From NCBI RefSeq assembly GCF_036321535.1, contig NC_087437.1, positions 70,682,001 through 70,746,000 on the forward strand: a DNA stretch of 64,000 nucleotides, written 5' to 3'. Positions 37,401 through 50,145 of this stretch are shown here, one piece after another; the first letter of the stretch is position 1; every line of letters begins with the position of its first letter. The notes under the pieces are model-generated. The model saw only the letters and a list, made by a program, of their open reading frames with translations. It made no database searches and had not been told where the DNA came from. Source of the DNA: Camelus dromedarius. Lineage: Eukaryota. A program made the position numbers and the translations under genes.

Positions 37401-40327
37401 AACTCATGAAATCACTAACAAAACTTTTGACCAGAGTTGTGTGCTTTAAATTTCAGCCTTTCATTCTCTGGCCTCAGTGCCCAAAGTCCATAGTTTTTCC
37501 TCCTTTGATCTTTGTGGGCCATCAATGCCCATGCACAAGTGTCATCCAGAAATGTGATAAAATTGCAAAATAAGGAGATGCTAGAGAGACTCCTGTTCCC
37601 ACATGTTGCTGTGGACAAATTTTCTGCAGTCCATCCAATTATCCTAGAAGTTGAAAAGGAAATACCTGTCTTTATTATAAAAAGAAATAATAGCAACCCT
37701 GTTGAAATCATGTCAGCTATTTGCAGAGTATATAGTTCTTTCACTTCTGTTTTTTTAAATGTCCTTAAAGGCAGTTTAGAAGGGGTTAATAATAAAGATG
37801 TTCATGGAGATTATCTGAAGTTGCCAACTGAGCAAATAATTGAACTAGGATTCAAATCCAAGAGTCAAAGAATTTTTTTTCAGATCTTATACTTTTTTCA
37901 TTGCAACAAATTTTAGGGCTGGATATGCCTTCTTGTACGAAATAGGGCTAAAAATACCCAGTACTATCTAACATTAGGATCCCTAAATAATTCATGGAAA
38001 TATGGTTTTCCAAAATTATTCTTGTCTTAAACTTTTATATGGCAAGATCTCTTGGTTGAAGTTTGGGATTAAGGTAATAAAGTTTTAGTTTATCCCTTTC
38101 TCTTTAAAGAAGTTGACCAATAGTGACCATTTTAATTTGCCCTAAAGGGAATGAGTATCACTGTAGAGGGTGCTATAAATAACTTTTTTAAAGCTTATAT
38201 GTAGGGTAATCTCATAATTTATCATCCAAACCGGGCCACTTTTGAAAGTGAAATTGGCTACTCTTAATAATTGTGCCTGAATAGTTGGAACTGAAACTAT
38301 CCTGAATAAACAGGGACATACAATTACCCACCTTGCAGGACATAATTCTGAGTCTAAGAGTGATGCATTTTGAATGGGAAAAAAGGCCAGCAGAGTGAAA
38401 TCAATATACCTGACCTGTAACTTGCCCTGATTCCCTGTTCCCATGAAGTTGGGTCTTGAGCACTATAAGGACTATTGACTGTTTCAGTCTCATGCTCTGC
38501 CCAAGAGATGACAGAGTGTTGGGAGCATCCATTTAAGACCAAATCAGAAGGAAGAGAGCTATCTGCTGAGTCAAATCCCACTCTTTTTTTATACCACTGG
38601 TCTTTGGGGACTTCCATCTAAACTTTGACTATGCAGAACCCAGCCATTCAGACCAAAAGGCATATTCTATGCAGTATTCCCTAGTAAACCTTAGTCACTT
38701 TCACAGGGGGTCTAAGAGACAGGCATTAAACCAACATTTGAAATATTAAGAGGGAAAAATCTATCCAACAGTTACATTATTTTTACAGCTGATCAAAATA
38801 ATGTAATATAATGGAAGGCTCTTATGTTAGTAATTGATAAAATAATTAAACTGCTAAAAATAGATTTTTTATATACCAAAGCTAAATATGATACTGTAGG
38901 ACTATATTTAATCTTAGAATATTCTCATGGCAGATACAAAAATAAATTTTATTTTGAAAAGAAGATACTGTTTATGAGAATGTATTTCTGTGTACCATCC
39001 ATGCAACATGCTATCTTACAATTTTGCCTATAAAATGCTGTTCTGAAAAGTGACCCTCTAAGAGTGGTACACTTAACAGAATAACATAACCAGAAAATGA
39101 CAACTTAAGAGAGCTATTTCTAACTATTGCAGAATTATCTGGAAATACTTCAAATGAGATTACTTTGGTCCGCCTAGCTTAAGAAGTATTTTCCCAGTCA
39201 GTATAAAGTTCAAATTAATTTGATTTGGTTCCTGAAAAAAAAAAAACTGTCAGTTTTCTTGCAACTTAAACTTTAATTTGAGATAGAAAGTTTCCCTTCT
39301 GGACAACAAGTTGCAGCCTGGAAGTGGTAAAATGTCTAGAGGGGGAAACTAATGAAACTTTGTTGTGGAATAGTTCACAAAGGAATACAAGATGTGTTAC
39401 ATAATGCAGCCCTTTGTTTGTGGAGCCTCTGACAGAATCCTGCAGTTTTAGCTCAAGCTGAAAGCTGCCACCAAAGTCCTCCCCAACTCCAGGCAGCTGA
39501 GTCTTTTTTCCCCACCTCCTGCCATGATTACTCTGGCTTCTGATTAAATCACACCTTATATTTAAGGTCGCTAACCTAAAACGACCCAATGCTACTTATT
39601 TCTCTCTTCAACAGTTCCCCATTAGTTGTAAAACTTGGAAGACTTGAAAATAGCTTCTGTCCTAACTTATGTAGACTTCTCTCCAAAAGCAAATGCTATA
39701 ATAGTTTCCTCACGCGTGGGTTCACACACCAGGTGAAAGATTTGGGAAGCTAATTAGCATGCTAGGGAGTCTGGAGCATTTGGGTGAGTCGCAGTCATGC
39801 TACCTGAGGGACAGAGAAAATGTCTTGTTGCTAGTGATATACAGCAAGTGCTGGTTCCTCACTTAGCTTTAACAGAACCAGAACTGCATTGCACTGTCTT
39901 CTCTGTATTTAATAGAAATCTTATTTATAAGATTTATTTTTAATCGCTTCTTTAAAACATCCATTCCTTTGGGGCTTAGTCCAATGTCTTATTTCTTACA
40001 TAAAATATATTTATACTAATTTTGGAAAACATTTGCAAGTTTGTCCTTATTGTATTAATAACTAAACTAGGTTGTAATAAATTCTTGCCATAGAACTTCT
40101 TTTCTTATTTTAGACTCATATTTTTCTTTTTTGACCTGCTTTAATCCTCTTTGCTTAATACAGATTTCCCCCTTGCTTTCAGAGTGAGCATTTCATTACA
40201 TATCTTGAATGTCTAGTATATATAATCAAGATATTAAGCAAATGAATATTTATTAAATACCAAGAATGTGACCAATGTTTGCCAGATAGTTGGGAAGAGC
40301 AGTTGGATAATTCAAATTATGAAAGTT

Positions 40328-40868
40328 ATTTCTTGGTTAGAAACGTGTTCAGTAGCAAAAACTCTGACTTGAGCAGCTTAAACAAATAGGAGTTTGTATT
40401 TCTCAAGTAAGAGGAGGTCCAGAGGTAGAGAGTTGCTGGTGTGTGATAAAGTCAGGGCCAATATCTCTGTGTTTCTCTTTGCCTTTTTTTTTTTTTTTTT
40501 TCATGCTGGTTGCTTTATTTTCACAAAATAGCGGCTACAACTGAAAGTATAATATCCATATTTGAAGGGAGAGGAAGAAGGCACCTGAAGGATTTCTTTT
40601 TACCTCTATCAGACAAGAAAAAGCTTTCTCAGAAACCAGCCTCTCAAGCAGATTGCCACATAGATCTTATTGACTGAAACTGGGTCCCAAGGCCACCCTT
40701 GGTTGCTAGGGAGGCAAGGGAATCAGGGAACAGATTTGTCATCATTGGCTTAGAAATGTCATAGCTCATCATTCAGGACTGAGCACATTGCCACTCTGAA
40801 CAAAATAGTAGTCCGTAGGTAGGAAGAAATGTGGGGATTGATATTGGGTAGGCATGAGTGTCTACACC
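40328..40868 (-). mobile_element. MaLR solo LTR, MLT1K/J-like
   Basis: 'gcttaaacaaatagg...aagaggaggtccagaggtag...cttattgactgaaactgggtcccaaggccaccctt...ctagggaggc...cacattgccactctgaacaaaatag...gatattgggtaggca'. Confidence 0.8.
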
Positions 40869-42402
40869 AGTGGTACTAGTCAAAAAACAAAAAACAAAAC
40901 AACAAAAAAAGGAAAATTAATGTGGACTACAAAAGCTGGAAAATGATGGCTGTGATACAGCATAAGCTGGACTACAAGATAACTAGAGCAATTAGACTGA
41001 TAAAAGAATAATTACTGGACACTCCAACTACAGGAAGAACAAAAGCTTAAAAGCAGGAACATATAAGCCATATATGGGTTATTTAGTACGTGCTTACTGA
41101 ATCATAGTAAATGAATGTGTAATATTCCAACACAGAAGTCCAGACGTGATTTAATAAATCATGGAGATAACAGAATAGAAAATTTAAAATTTAGGACTCC
41201 CTTGGCAATACCAAGATAAAGGGAAACACTCATATAGTATGGCTACGCTCTAGGGTACTCATCAAGGAGTACTGGAACCTGGGATGCCTAAACAAGGTAG
41301 AGCAAGAAATGGAGGCTGAAATACCAAGTTAATCATTTGAACTTGATCTGTGAAAACCTGAATATGTTTCTGGGATCAAGTTTTTGATAATATGCAAGTT
41401 ATAGCCTCCAACAGGCCCTCCAACTATTGGAAGCATCAGGCTTGTTGCTGTCACTTGCTCCTCGTTTCTCTAAGTTCTGTTCTCTGTGACCTTCAGGGAT
41501 TTCCACTATGAAAGGAGCTTTGGGAAAATGAGAAGTAGTTCATTGGAGATTTCTAGATTCCTACTTTACAATAATTGACATTTTACATTTATTCAGTTTC
41601 TTTCTATGACAGTCACTTTATTGTAGTTTTTAGTTCATTAAAATACCTGACAACAAGCTGTTTACCTTCTAATCAAGAATTTAAATGTCTTGATTTTTAA
41701 GCAAAGAAAAGAATTTAATACTGTTCAAAAAAAATTGAGTTGGTCAAAAGGATAATTTGATTGGCTTTTGCTGTTGGTGCTGATTTAACCAGACAACTCA
41801 GCCGAGAGTCAAACTTGTTTCTGCAAATACCACACAAGTAACTTCCACTAATGGGAAATTGCCTTTCTTATTATAGTCTTGCTTATTTTCTGTCTAACAA
41901 AGGATAAAGTGTCTTGTTCAATTTTGTTTCCCGAACCCTAGAATTTAAATTTGGCTTACCATCTGCAGTATAGCTAAGTAGTAAACTGAAATAATAAATG
42001 GAAGTAATTTTATTTTTGAATTGCACCTCCGTGAATCCCACATAATTTCAAGGACTTGACATTATTTTTTGTTTTTACAACCTAAACATTACCTGAAAAA
42101 TAATGCCAATAGAGTGAGGGATAGGCACAGATTAAAATGTGCAACCTTAGGTAATGGCATTTCTAACACCCTTATGGTCTATAGCCATTTAATGTTTGTT
42201 TATTACTTGAGACTTCAGCATCTTTAGTTGGATTAGAAGAATTCAGATTATTTGAGCTGAAGAGTAATTCTTATTTTGGCAAAAGAACATCTATTTTATT
42301 TTAATTGACTGAGTTATATATTTTCAGTGACAGATCTTTAACTCCTCCAAAGACTGTAACATTATTAATATTGCACTTGGATAAGTCAGTTTACCTGGGC
42401 AT

Positions 42403-42953
42403 TGTTTTTTTGTTTGTTTGACTCACAATGTTGTGTTAGTTTCAGGTGTACAGCAAAGTGATTCAGTTTCTCATATATATATATATAAATAATTTTTCAG
42501 ATTATTTTCTATTCTAGGTCATTACAAGATATTGAATATAGTTCCATGTGCTATACAATAGGTCCTTGTTGTTTATCTATTTTATATATAGTAGTGTGTG
42601 TCTGTTAATCCCAAACTCCTTATTTATCCTTACCCCTCTTTCCACTTTGGTAACCATAAGTTTGTTTTCTATGTCTGTGAGTCTGTTTCTGTTTTGTAAA
42701 TAAGTTCATTTATATCATTTTTTAGATTTCACGTATAAATGGTACCATATATGTCTTTCTGTCTGATTTACTTTACTTAGTATGATAATCTCTACATCCA
42801 TCCATGTTGCCACAAATGGCAATATTTCATTCCTTTTATGGCTGAGTAATATTCCATTATATAGATATGCCACATCTTCTTTATCCATTAATCTGTTGAT
42901 GGACACTTATGTTGCTTCCAAGTCTTGGCTATTGTAAATAGTAATGCTATGAA
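42403..42953 (-). mobile_element. 5'-truncated cetartiodactyl-type L1 (ORF2 C-terminus plus 3'UTR)
   Basis: Translated remnant KRNEILPFVATWMDVEIIILSKVNQTE is the L1 ORF2 C-terminus; 3'UTR 'acaatgttgtgttagtttcaggtgtacagcaaagtgattcagtt'; TSD ctgggcat at 42395-42402 and 42954-42961. Confidence 0.92.
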
Positions 42954-42968
42954 CTGGGCATCAGTTTT

Positions 42969-43040
42969 TTTTTTTTCTTTTTATTGAGTTATAATCAGTT
43001 TACAATGTTGTGTCAATTTCTGGTGTAAAGCACAATTTTT
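42969..43040 (-). mobile_element. Very short, younger L1 3' terminus
   Basis: Poly-T followed by 'attgagttataatcagtttacaatgttgtgtcaatttctggtgtaaagcacaattttt'; perfect 15-bp TSD ctgggcatcagtttt at 42954-42968 and 43041-43055. Confidence 0.85.
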
Positions 43041-43469
43041 CTGGGCATCAGTTTTATCATCTGCAGAATGGAGTCGCTGGACTTACATGATCTCTAGCTA
43101 CTTTCAGTTCTAAAATTGCTCTCATTTTTCAGTTCAATTCAGCAGATATTAATGGAATACTCACAAAGTGCAAATCAATATAGTATAACCTAGATGGATA
43201 CAGAGATGAATATTGTGATCTTTTCATGCAAGTACTTTACAACAGGATGCCTTCAAGATTGAGATGTGTATTTCCCAACACATCCTAGCTCCTGATGTTT
43301 GGGATGCCATTTATGAATGAGGGTATATGATTTATTACCAAGGGGGGAAGAAATTCATATTTTTGTTAATGTTTCTCTTATCTGGATATGAAAAACCAGA
43401 AGTCTGAACTATCATTTTAATAATGTGCAATTGTGTCCCACCTTCATTGCAAATAATTTAGAGCACTCC

Positions 43470-43680
43470 AGACCATTATCTCATTCATCCCTAAAGAAGC
43501 CCAATCCAAGTAGAAAAGGGTAATATAGGTACTTACATTTTAGTGATTAGAAAACTAGACCTAAATTTCCTGGAGCAATTTCAGTGATTAGAAAAAGTGG
43601 ACCTAAATTTCAATGAGCAAGTGAGTGAGAGCAGGTAAAAATCTAGGGACCCTCACTCTAGGTCTGCATAGCCAGCTTCC
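43470..43680 (-). mobile_element. MIR fragment containing a ~41-bp tandem duplication
   Basis: 'cattatctcattcatccc'; duplicated units agtgattagaaaa..gacctaaatttc..gagcaa at 43542 and 43583. Confidence 0.6.
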
Positions 43681-46039
43681 TTTATGAGTGACAGTTTCTT
43701 TTAGCAAGTTCTACAGAACCTGATTGCAAAACTATCTTCCACATCTGATCCTTCCTTATTCTTTACCTAAACAGCAGCTTAGCCATTGACGATTTCAAAT
43801 GTATCACCAGGGGAAAAAAAAAGGGTGTAGTGGAAGAATGGAACGTGAACAGCAACAAATGTGATACTCAGGCTGTGATGTGGTGATACAACATTCCAGT
43901 CTTTGGTTTGCATTAAAATTAGAAGTGAAGGAAAGTTGGGGACTCCTTCATCAACCTGATCTATAAACATTTGACTATAGGCCCAGCAGCCATAGAGAAA
44001 CCTGTGCTTTTGCTAGGTGAGAACATTATTCTAAACACACCACCCTGGAAACTCTGCCTCAGTTCTTGGTTATCACTAGAATTTTCCTAGCCTGCTTTTC
44101 AGGGGAGTCAGGAACATAAGGAATTATTTCCGTTTACAAATCTTGCAAGCAGCAACTTGGAAACAGATGATTATATTTTCTTTACCTAAATCTTCCTAGG
44201 TAGTAAAAAAGCCATATCCGTGTTTCGTCTCATGGTTTCCTTAGTCAAAAATTTGCATCTGAGGCCTAGGAAAATGTTTGGTCTTCACAATCGAATGTTT
44301 AAACAGGTGCACACAGCACTGGCTGAGGAAGTCTCCTCCTCTGGAAATCCTGACGTTAAGAGAAAGGTTCTCATGCCAGCTTTCATGAATGCTTGTGAAG
44401 GAAAGTTCAGGTGATTCTTAAGTCTTATTACCTGGGTTACCGACCCACTGGCCTCCCTCCCATTCTGTGTTCTCATGAAGAAATTGATTTAATAGATTCA
44501 AGATATTATTAAATACATTCTGCATTAATATTATATGTCCTCTTTGAATCCAAGTGGCAATACAATAGAACTTCATTTTATAAATAACACCTTTCAAGCT
44601 AACACCACAGGGCACAGTACAAAAGAATCAAAATAGAACACAAATGCTGTAATCAAATGCAGACCCCAGGAAGGCTGATTAAAAAGGCATGTTGCTAGTG
44701 AGAGCAGCCAACAGGGTAAGTATAGTGGGTCAGAGCAGAAAAGCCAGCTGAACAGAAGGGCAAACTAAAATAAAACGGACTTGCCTGCCTGACTCACATG
44801 AACCTATGACTCTCCTTTGTCATCATCTCCTTTCGGACTCAGGAATTGCAAGAGAGAGGGGCACGTGTGTGTTTTTTGGGGAGGTGAGGATCAAATATAT
44901 GGAGGGTCATTAGGTTTATCCTTAGTCTTCACACACAACACAAACAAAAGAAAATCCTAGAGACAACTGCCGGCAGCTGGCAGCAATGCCTACCATGTGA
45001 TTGTGAGACAGCCCAGCAGGGCTTGCTTTGCTTGATAATACAACTGGTTTTCAGAAAACACAACTGGAGAAACAAGGAGGTCCTTTTCAGAATAGTGAGA
45101 ACAGATAGTGCTGCTGTGGCCAGGGCATGAGTAAAGATGAATGGATGGGTGAGATGGGTGCTTTGCGGTCTTGGTCTTGAGACAGTCTCCTCTCCATTGG
45201 CCCCTCTTCTCACCCAGTACCTTTCTGTGCTGTCAGCCTCTCACCACCACAACCCTTTCTAATGTCAAAGGTTTGTGTTTTAAAACCCTGCCTTTAATTA
45301 TGGGACAAAAGATTCTGTCCTCTTCCTGAAGCAAGTAAGAAATTAGATGACAAAGCAGAGGTATTTGAATTTGCCTCCCCATCTATGTGTAAAATCAGTT
45401 CTGACAGTGATCACCGTGTACCTTGAGAAATGCATTAAATTGATCAGTTACTGATGCTTTTCTGTTTAATATTGAGGGTCGAACAATACAGGACAAAAAT
45501 CAGAGGAAAACAATTTCTGCTAAATATGTAAAATATTTTTCTGAGAAATTGAATTCTGTTAACAGCCTACCCAAAAATTGTGTCATGGAACAGCAAATAT
45601 GGGTTCTAGAGTCAATTAAAAGAAAAAGAGAGAGGAAGGGGGAAAATGAGGTAATTTTTACCACTCCTGAAGCTGTAGGTTGTTTGTAATGACTCTCCTG
45701 GTTACCCAGTTAGTTGAAATTCCAGACTGGGATACTAATGCATAAATGTAGGTCAGTAGTTTAGTATTGCTGTACATTTTTTCTTAATCTCTTAATTGTA
45801 AACAGAACATACGCAGACAGCATTTGGGAATAAATGTTCATTATGCAAATACTAGTATTACTACTTTTACTTACTAGAATGCTATTTTCCCTAATTCTGA
45901 CAGTATTTATTTAGGTATGCTGAGAGTCAGTATATTAGTAAAGGTGGGCAGCAAGTCTAGTAAGTAGTATAGTAGGTAAGAGATCCCTGGATTGTAATCT
46001 CCAAAGTGAGTTATTTCATAAACTATGTAAGTAAATAAT

Positions 46040-46792
46040 TCTACCAGTTATCAATGTACTGCCTCTCAGATCCAAATTTACCCTTCCTTGCCTGCTCTAC
46101 AAAGATGTATAGGGGTCATTTAAGTATTTTTCCTTTCCCAACTGAATGAGTGTGCTTTATCAATAGAGGATTCCGAGAGACATCATAGGAAGAAGAGGTT
46201 TTCCTCCCTGGCTCCTGTGAACTTTTTTGGGAGGCTCCTACTGTGTGCATGGCTTCTCCAAGGCCTGCCTCTTGCAGCATACACAGCTGCATTGGTGCAC
46301 AGCAGCTGAAGCACCGGTAGCTTCTCCAGTGCCCAGCAGCCAGCAGCTACCTCCAGCACCCGTGCACAACCATGCACACATAAACACCTTGGGTGGTTGG
46401 TTTATGCAGCAGTGTGCCTCAGATGAGACAGCCTTCCCATGAACAGCTCTCCTGGCACCCTAGAGTACAGATTTCCAGCAAGTTTTGCTGACACAGCTCT
46501 CCAGCAATTTCTCTGCCAGTCATTCATTCATTGTCTGTGCCTCAACCAACAAGTCTGAATCCCAGTCCAGGGGCATAAGGGACTCTTCCTTGGGCACTCT
46601 CTATCAGCCCTAGAAGTTGTGGTTGTTCCTGATATTTGCTTATTCTTATATAATTTACAATTCTCTTTACTTCTTACTAGTTACTCCCTAATTATTCCAA
46701 TCCCCTGTTATAGTTAATAATTCTTCAGATTAAATTTTCCCTGTTCAAATTGCTGTGTGGTTTCTGTCTCCTAATGGACCCTGACTGATACG
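46040..46792 (+). mobile_element. Solo ERVL LTR, MER73/MER74-like
   Basis: Start 'tctaccagttatcaatgtactgcctctcagatccaaatttacccttccttgcctgctct'; end 'attaaattttccctgttcaaattgctgtgtggtttctgtctcctaatggaccctgactgatac'. Confidence 0.8.
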
Positions 46793-47124
46793 TGACCAAG
46801 GAATATTAAAATAATCTGTATTGTTTGGGAATAGGGGAAGGTAAATATGCCAAGTCATCTCTTAATGGAATGGGTTAGCATTACCCAGACCTGCTATTAG
46901 ATGAACAACAAGTTTTGAGAATTTGATGCTAGATTGAAAGGTGACATAAGAATATGACCCTATCTACTACTTTTAACTGTACATATGGTTTTAAGGACCC
47001 AATTTTAAAACATTTTACTTGATTTCAGTAAGAGTTTTTTTAAAAAATACAAACTATAATAAAGCAAACAACAAAAGTCTAGACTCAAAATTCATTTGTT
47101 GGTCTTGAAATAATGTTTCAAAAT

Positions 47125-47365
47125 AATAACACTATTATGTGAATTTGTAGACTATTAACGCTAGGAAAATAATGATCCACGTCATTTTTTGAGACCTCAT
47201 AGCAACAGCAGTAGATACTGTTATTATCCCTATTTTACAAATAGAAAAATAGAGGTTTGAGGTTAAGGAACTGGCCTAACATGGTATATGTAGTATGTTT
47301 CAGAGCCAGAATTTGAACTTAGATCTGCCAGTGTGCCTTGGCTCTAAACCATTGCACCCTGCTTC
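47125..47365 (-). mobile_element. MIR SINE
   Basis: 'cctcatagcaac...gtagatactgttattatccctattttacaaatagaaaaatagagg...gaggttaaggaactggcctaac...cagagccagaatttgaacttagatctg'. Confidence 0.8.
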
Positions 47366-48349
47366 CCGAACACTATCATTGAAACAAATAGCAAGCTACC
47401 TGGGAGAACAGACACAGTGCTTGTTTGTGTTGTATTCATCAAAGATCCAGAAAAAGAAACTTGAACGTATCCCTAGAACGTATAGCACACCCCGAGATAT
47501 TGCAAAGACGATCTGTTACTCTTGCCTAACAAGACATGGACAAACTGGATGAGCACTGGTGATCAAATCCCCAGAACCAAAGTGTTAACAGCGTATCAAA
47601 AATCCAGCAGCCTTTATTCAGAGCTGAATTGAAGGCAGATGAAATATTAACAGCCGTTCTAGCAGCCCAAGATGAAATATGAGATCCTGTATCAGAAATT
47701 ATTAGTAACCTGTTAAAAGAAATGCTGAAAAATGGCAGTTACCAAATTAAAACTGGGAAACAGAGCCCAAATGGGAAATTTCAAAAAGTTTGGAGGAAAA
47801 TAAATGACAGATTGTCCTCTTGGCTCTTATCACTATGCCATCCTAAATCCTACTTGGCAATACACGGTGGAGGTGAAATAAGAACTGCATCTCTGCCAGT
47901 GCTGGTCCTCAAGTCTGCAGTCCTAAGTGTCTGTGAGGGTGTCTGGGATTGACTGGAAAAGTAGTTGGAATTTGGTAGCTTTATCTAAATTGAAGAGTCT
48001 GGAGACTCTTATTATGAAAGGCTTCCTCTCATTTGTGAATTGGCCCCTTTGCTCCACTTTTGGATGCCTGGCTTCCTCCATGCCGAGCTGCACTCAGTGT
48101 TTCTACATGGGAAAGCTATTCTCCTTAAATGCTTTCAAATTTAAAGCATCTATCTGATATGTTCACGTTTATGACTCAAAATACCTAGCATCAAAAAAAA
48201 AAAAAAAAAAAAAAAGAGAGAGAGGAAGATTACAAATACCAAATACCGGGTGGTAAATGAAGGCGATATTTTTCCATCAGTTACTGAGAGCAGAGAAATG
48301 ACTGTAAGCAGAGTTGTTGAGCAGTTGGTGCCAGAGAGAAAAGGGAAAT

Positions 48350-48550
48350 GAGCTATAGAACCATAGAATCTTAGTGTTGGCAGAGACCGTGAAGTTCATG
48401 CAGTCCTACCCTATCATTTTTCAATGAAGAGGCTGAGACGTGGGGAGTTAAGGGACCTGACTAGCCGTAGACACATAGTTGTTTACTGACACTCAGGCCA
48501 AAAACATTTCCCAACTCCCAGTCTGGAACTCAGTAGTTCAGCATGCTACT
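48350..48550 (-). mobile_element. MIR (MIRc/MIR3-like)
   Basis: 'catagaatcttagtgttggcagagaccgtgaagttcatgcagtcctaccctatcatttttcaatgaagaggctgagacg...gttaagggacctg'. Confidence 0.8.
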
Positions 48551-50004
48551 GCCATCCTCAACTGAAAATTAACACTAACCCAGCCTGGAACATAGAAGAA
48601 TTCAGCATCTGTGGGGAGCAAGAAAAATGATGAATTTTGAAATGGAAATCAGTCTGGGAAGAGGAGAGGGGAAATGGATGATTCACCTTCATTGTGACTC
48701 GATGGCCAACTTTGTGCAAGACATTTTGTATCAGTTTACTCCCCCGTGCCTGCCCACAAATAGTAATAATTTGGTGGTGCTTCCCCAGGGTTTATATTTA
48801 TGCATTCAGATTTGGTTTGCTTAGAGAATTCTGCCATATGCAGGTTGTCTTGATTGGTTTGTGGGTGGCATTGCTGTTGATTCCTGTTATTTATGTGAGC
48901 CTGACTTTTTTCTCTAGCACTAAAATGTGCTCCAGAGTCTTTGTAGGGAGAATCTTCTCCAAGGGGCACCCTAACTGAAGAACGGATGTAGGTTCAAGAT
49001 GTAAGAATTATCTTCTGTTAACCCTGGTATTCTGTTAATCTCTTGGGGAACTTGGGCTATATGTGGACCTTTTAAGCAGGATCATGAATTAGGTGAAATA
49101 ATTTTCTTTATTCGCAAGCACAGGATCATTTGAAGTAAACCAGCAACAAAGAAGACACAATAAAAATGTCTCGGTAGGACTCCCTGCAAAATAACAGTAT
49201 GGGTCTTTCAGACCAGTCGAATATTTTTCAGAATAGAGCAACCGGAAATGAGAGAATCAGACAGTATGATGAAAACTACAGATGGAAGGCTTTGCATGAA
49301 AAGTGATTATGGACAAGAGAGGGCTCAGGAGCGGGTAGGCGTGGAGTTGGAAAGGAGCGGGTAACTGAAATAAGAGAAGATAATGCTTGACCAGGTCTAG
49401 TAAAATATTCCCTGCCACAACCACTGTTCCATGAAGAGATTGAGCCAAGAGGCCTGAATAAACTAACCTTAAGTTCAGCGTTGCCATTATTGTGGGAGGC
49501 ATCAGGGAGAGCACATCCGGACTTGTGTTACACAGTAATCACTGCTGGGTGTCAGCATTCATCAGCCAGATGGTCAGACCCACAATTAATCAATTAGGCT
49601 GGGATGATCAACTGGACAAAGTTTTCCCCTTTGGTAAAAAACCCTCATCATGCGGTCAAGGCCGATAGCACTTTTATCCTGTTGCTTTTGGAGAAGCTTC
49701 TAAAAATCACTCTTCTTTTTTAGGCCTCTAGTTTCTGAACGCTGTTAAGGTCCAAGCAGCTTTGACAACATAGATACCCCAAATCAAGATTTTTTTTTAA
49801 CATAATAGGTTTTCAACATCTTCTGTGTTCATGTATAATGTTTAACATAGCCAGGCAGAAATAAGCTTTTTAAAGCAGCATTCTTTGAGGAATGTTGCCC
49901 AACTGATTTTACCAGAGTCTCTGTGCCAGTTCCACTCAACACAGTGGAACGACACAGGAAATGATCCTTTCACTGGGCGCTTATGAAGATGATATGATAA
50001 ATAA

Positions 50005-50145
50005 AAAGAATAGCACTTTATTAAGTATTCACTTGTGGTGAAGACTGACAGACATTAGTCAGTCCTTACAATAAATTTAGGGTGATAATATTCCATTGTA
50101 AAGAGAAGGAAACTGAGGCTAGAAAGTTCATTTGCTCAAGGTTGA
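50005..50145 (-). mobile_element. MIR fragment
   Basis: 'tttattaagtattcac...gtccttacaataa...attccattgtaaagagaaggaaactgaggctag...tttgctcaagg'. Confidence 0.65.

Larger units (their letters stand above)
42375..43120 (+). mobile_element. MIR (MIRc/MIR3-like) split by two L1 insertions
   Basis: Left part 'cttggataagtcagtttacctgggc' joins right part 'atcagttttatcatctgcagaatggagtcgctggacttacatgatctctag...ttcagttctaaaatt'. Confidence 0.7.

Noticed and set aside
37415..37916. Overlapping 134-aa and 109-aa ORFs
   Set aside because: The longer one starts at a non-ATG codon and runs into a MIR remnant; neither has a recognisable domain or exon signals.
39555..39568. CArG-like CCTTATATTTAAGG
   Set aside because: It has ten A/T bases between CC and GG, not the six required for an SRF CArG box.
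42715..42906. 63-aa ORF with recognisable protein similarity
   Set aside because: It is the frameshifted C-terminal remnant of L1 ORF2 in a truncated insertion, not a host gene.
49232..49364. Exon-like open stretch IEQPEMRESDSMMKTTDGRLCMKSDYGQERAQER
   Set aside because: Short pyrimidine tract, weak donors and an unrecognised peptide.
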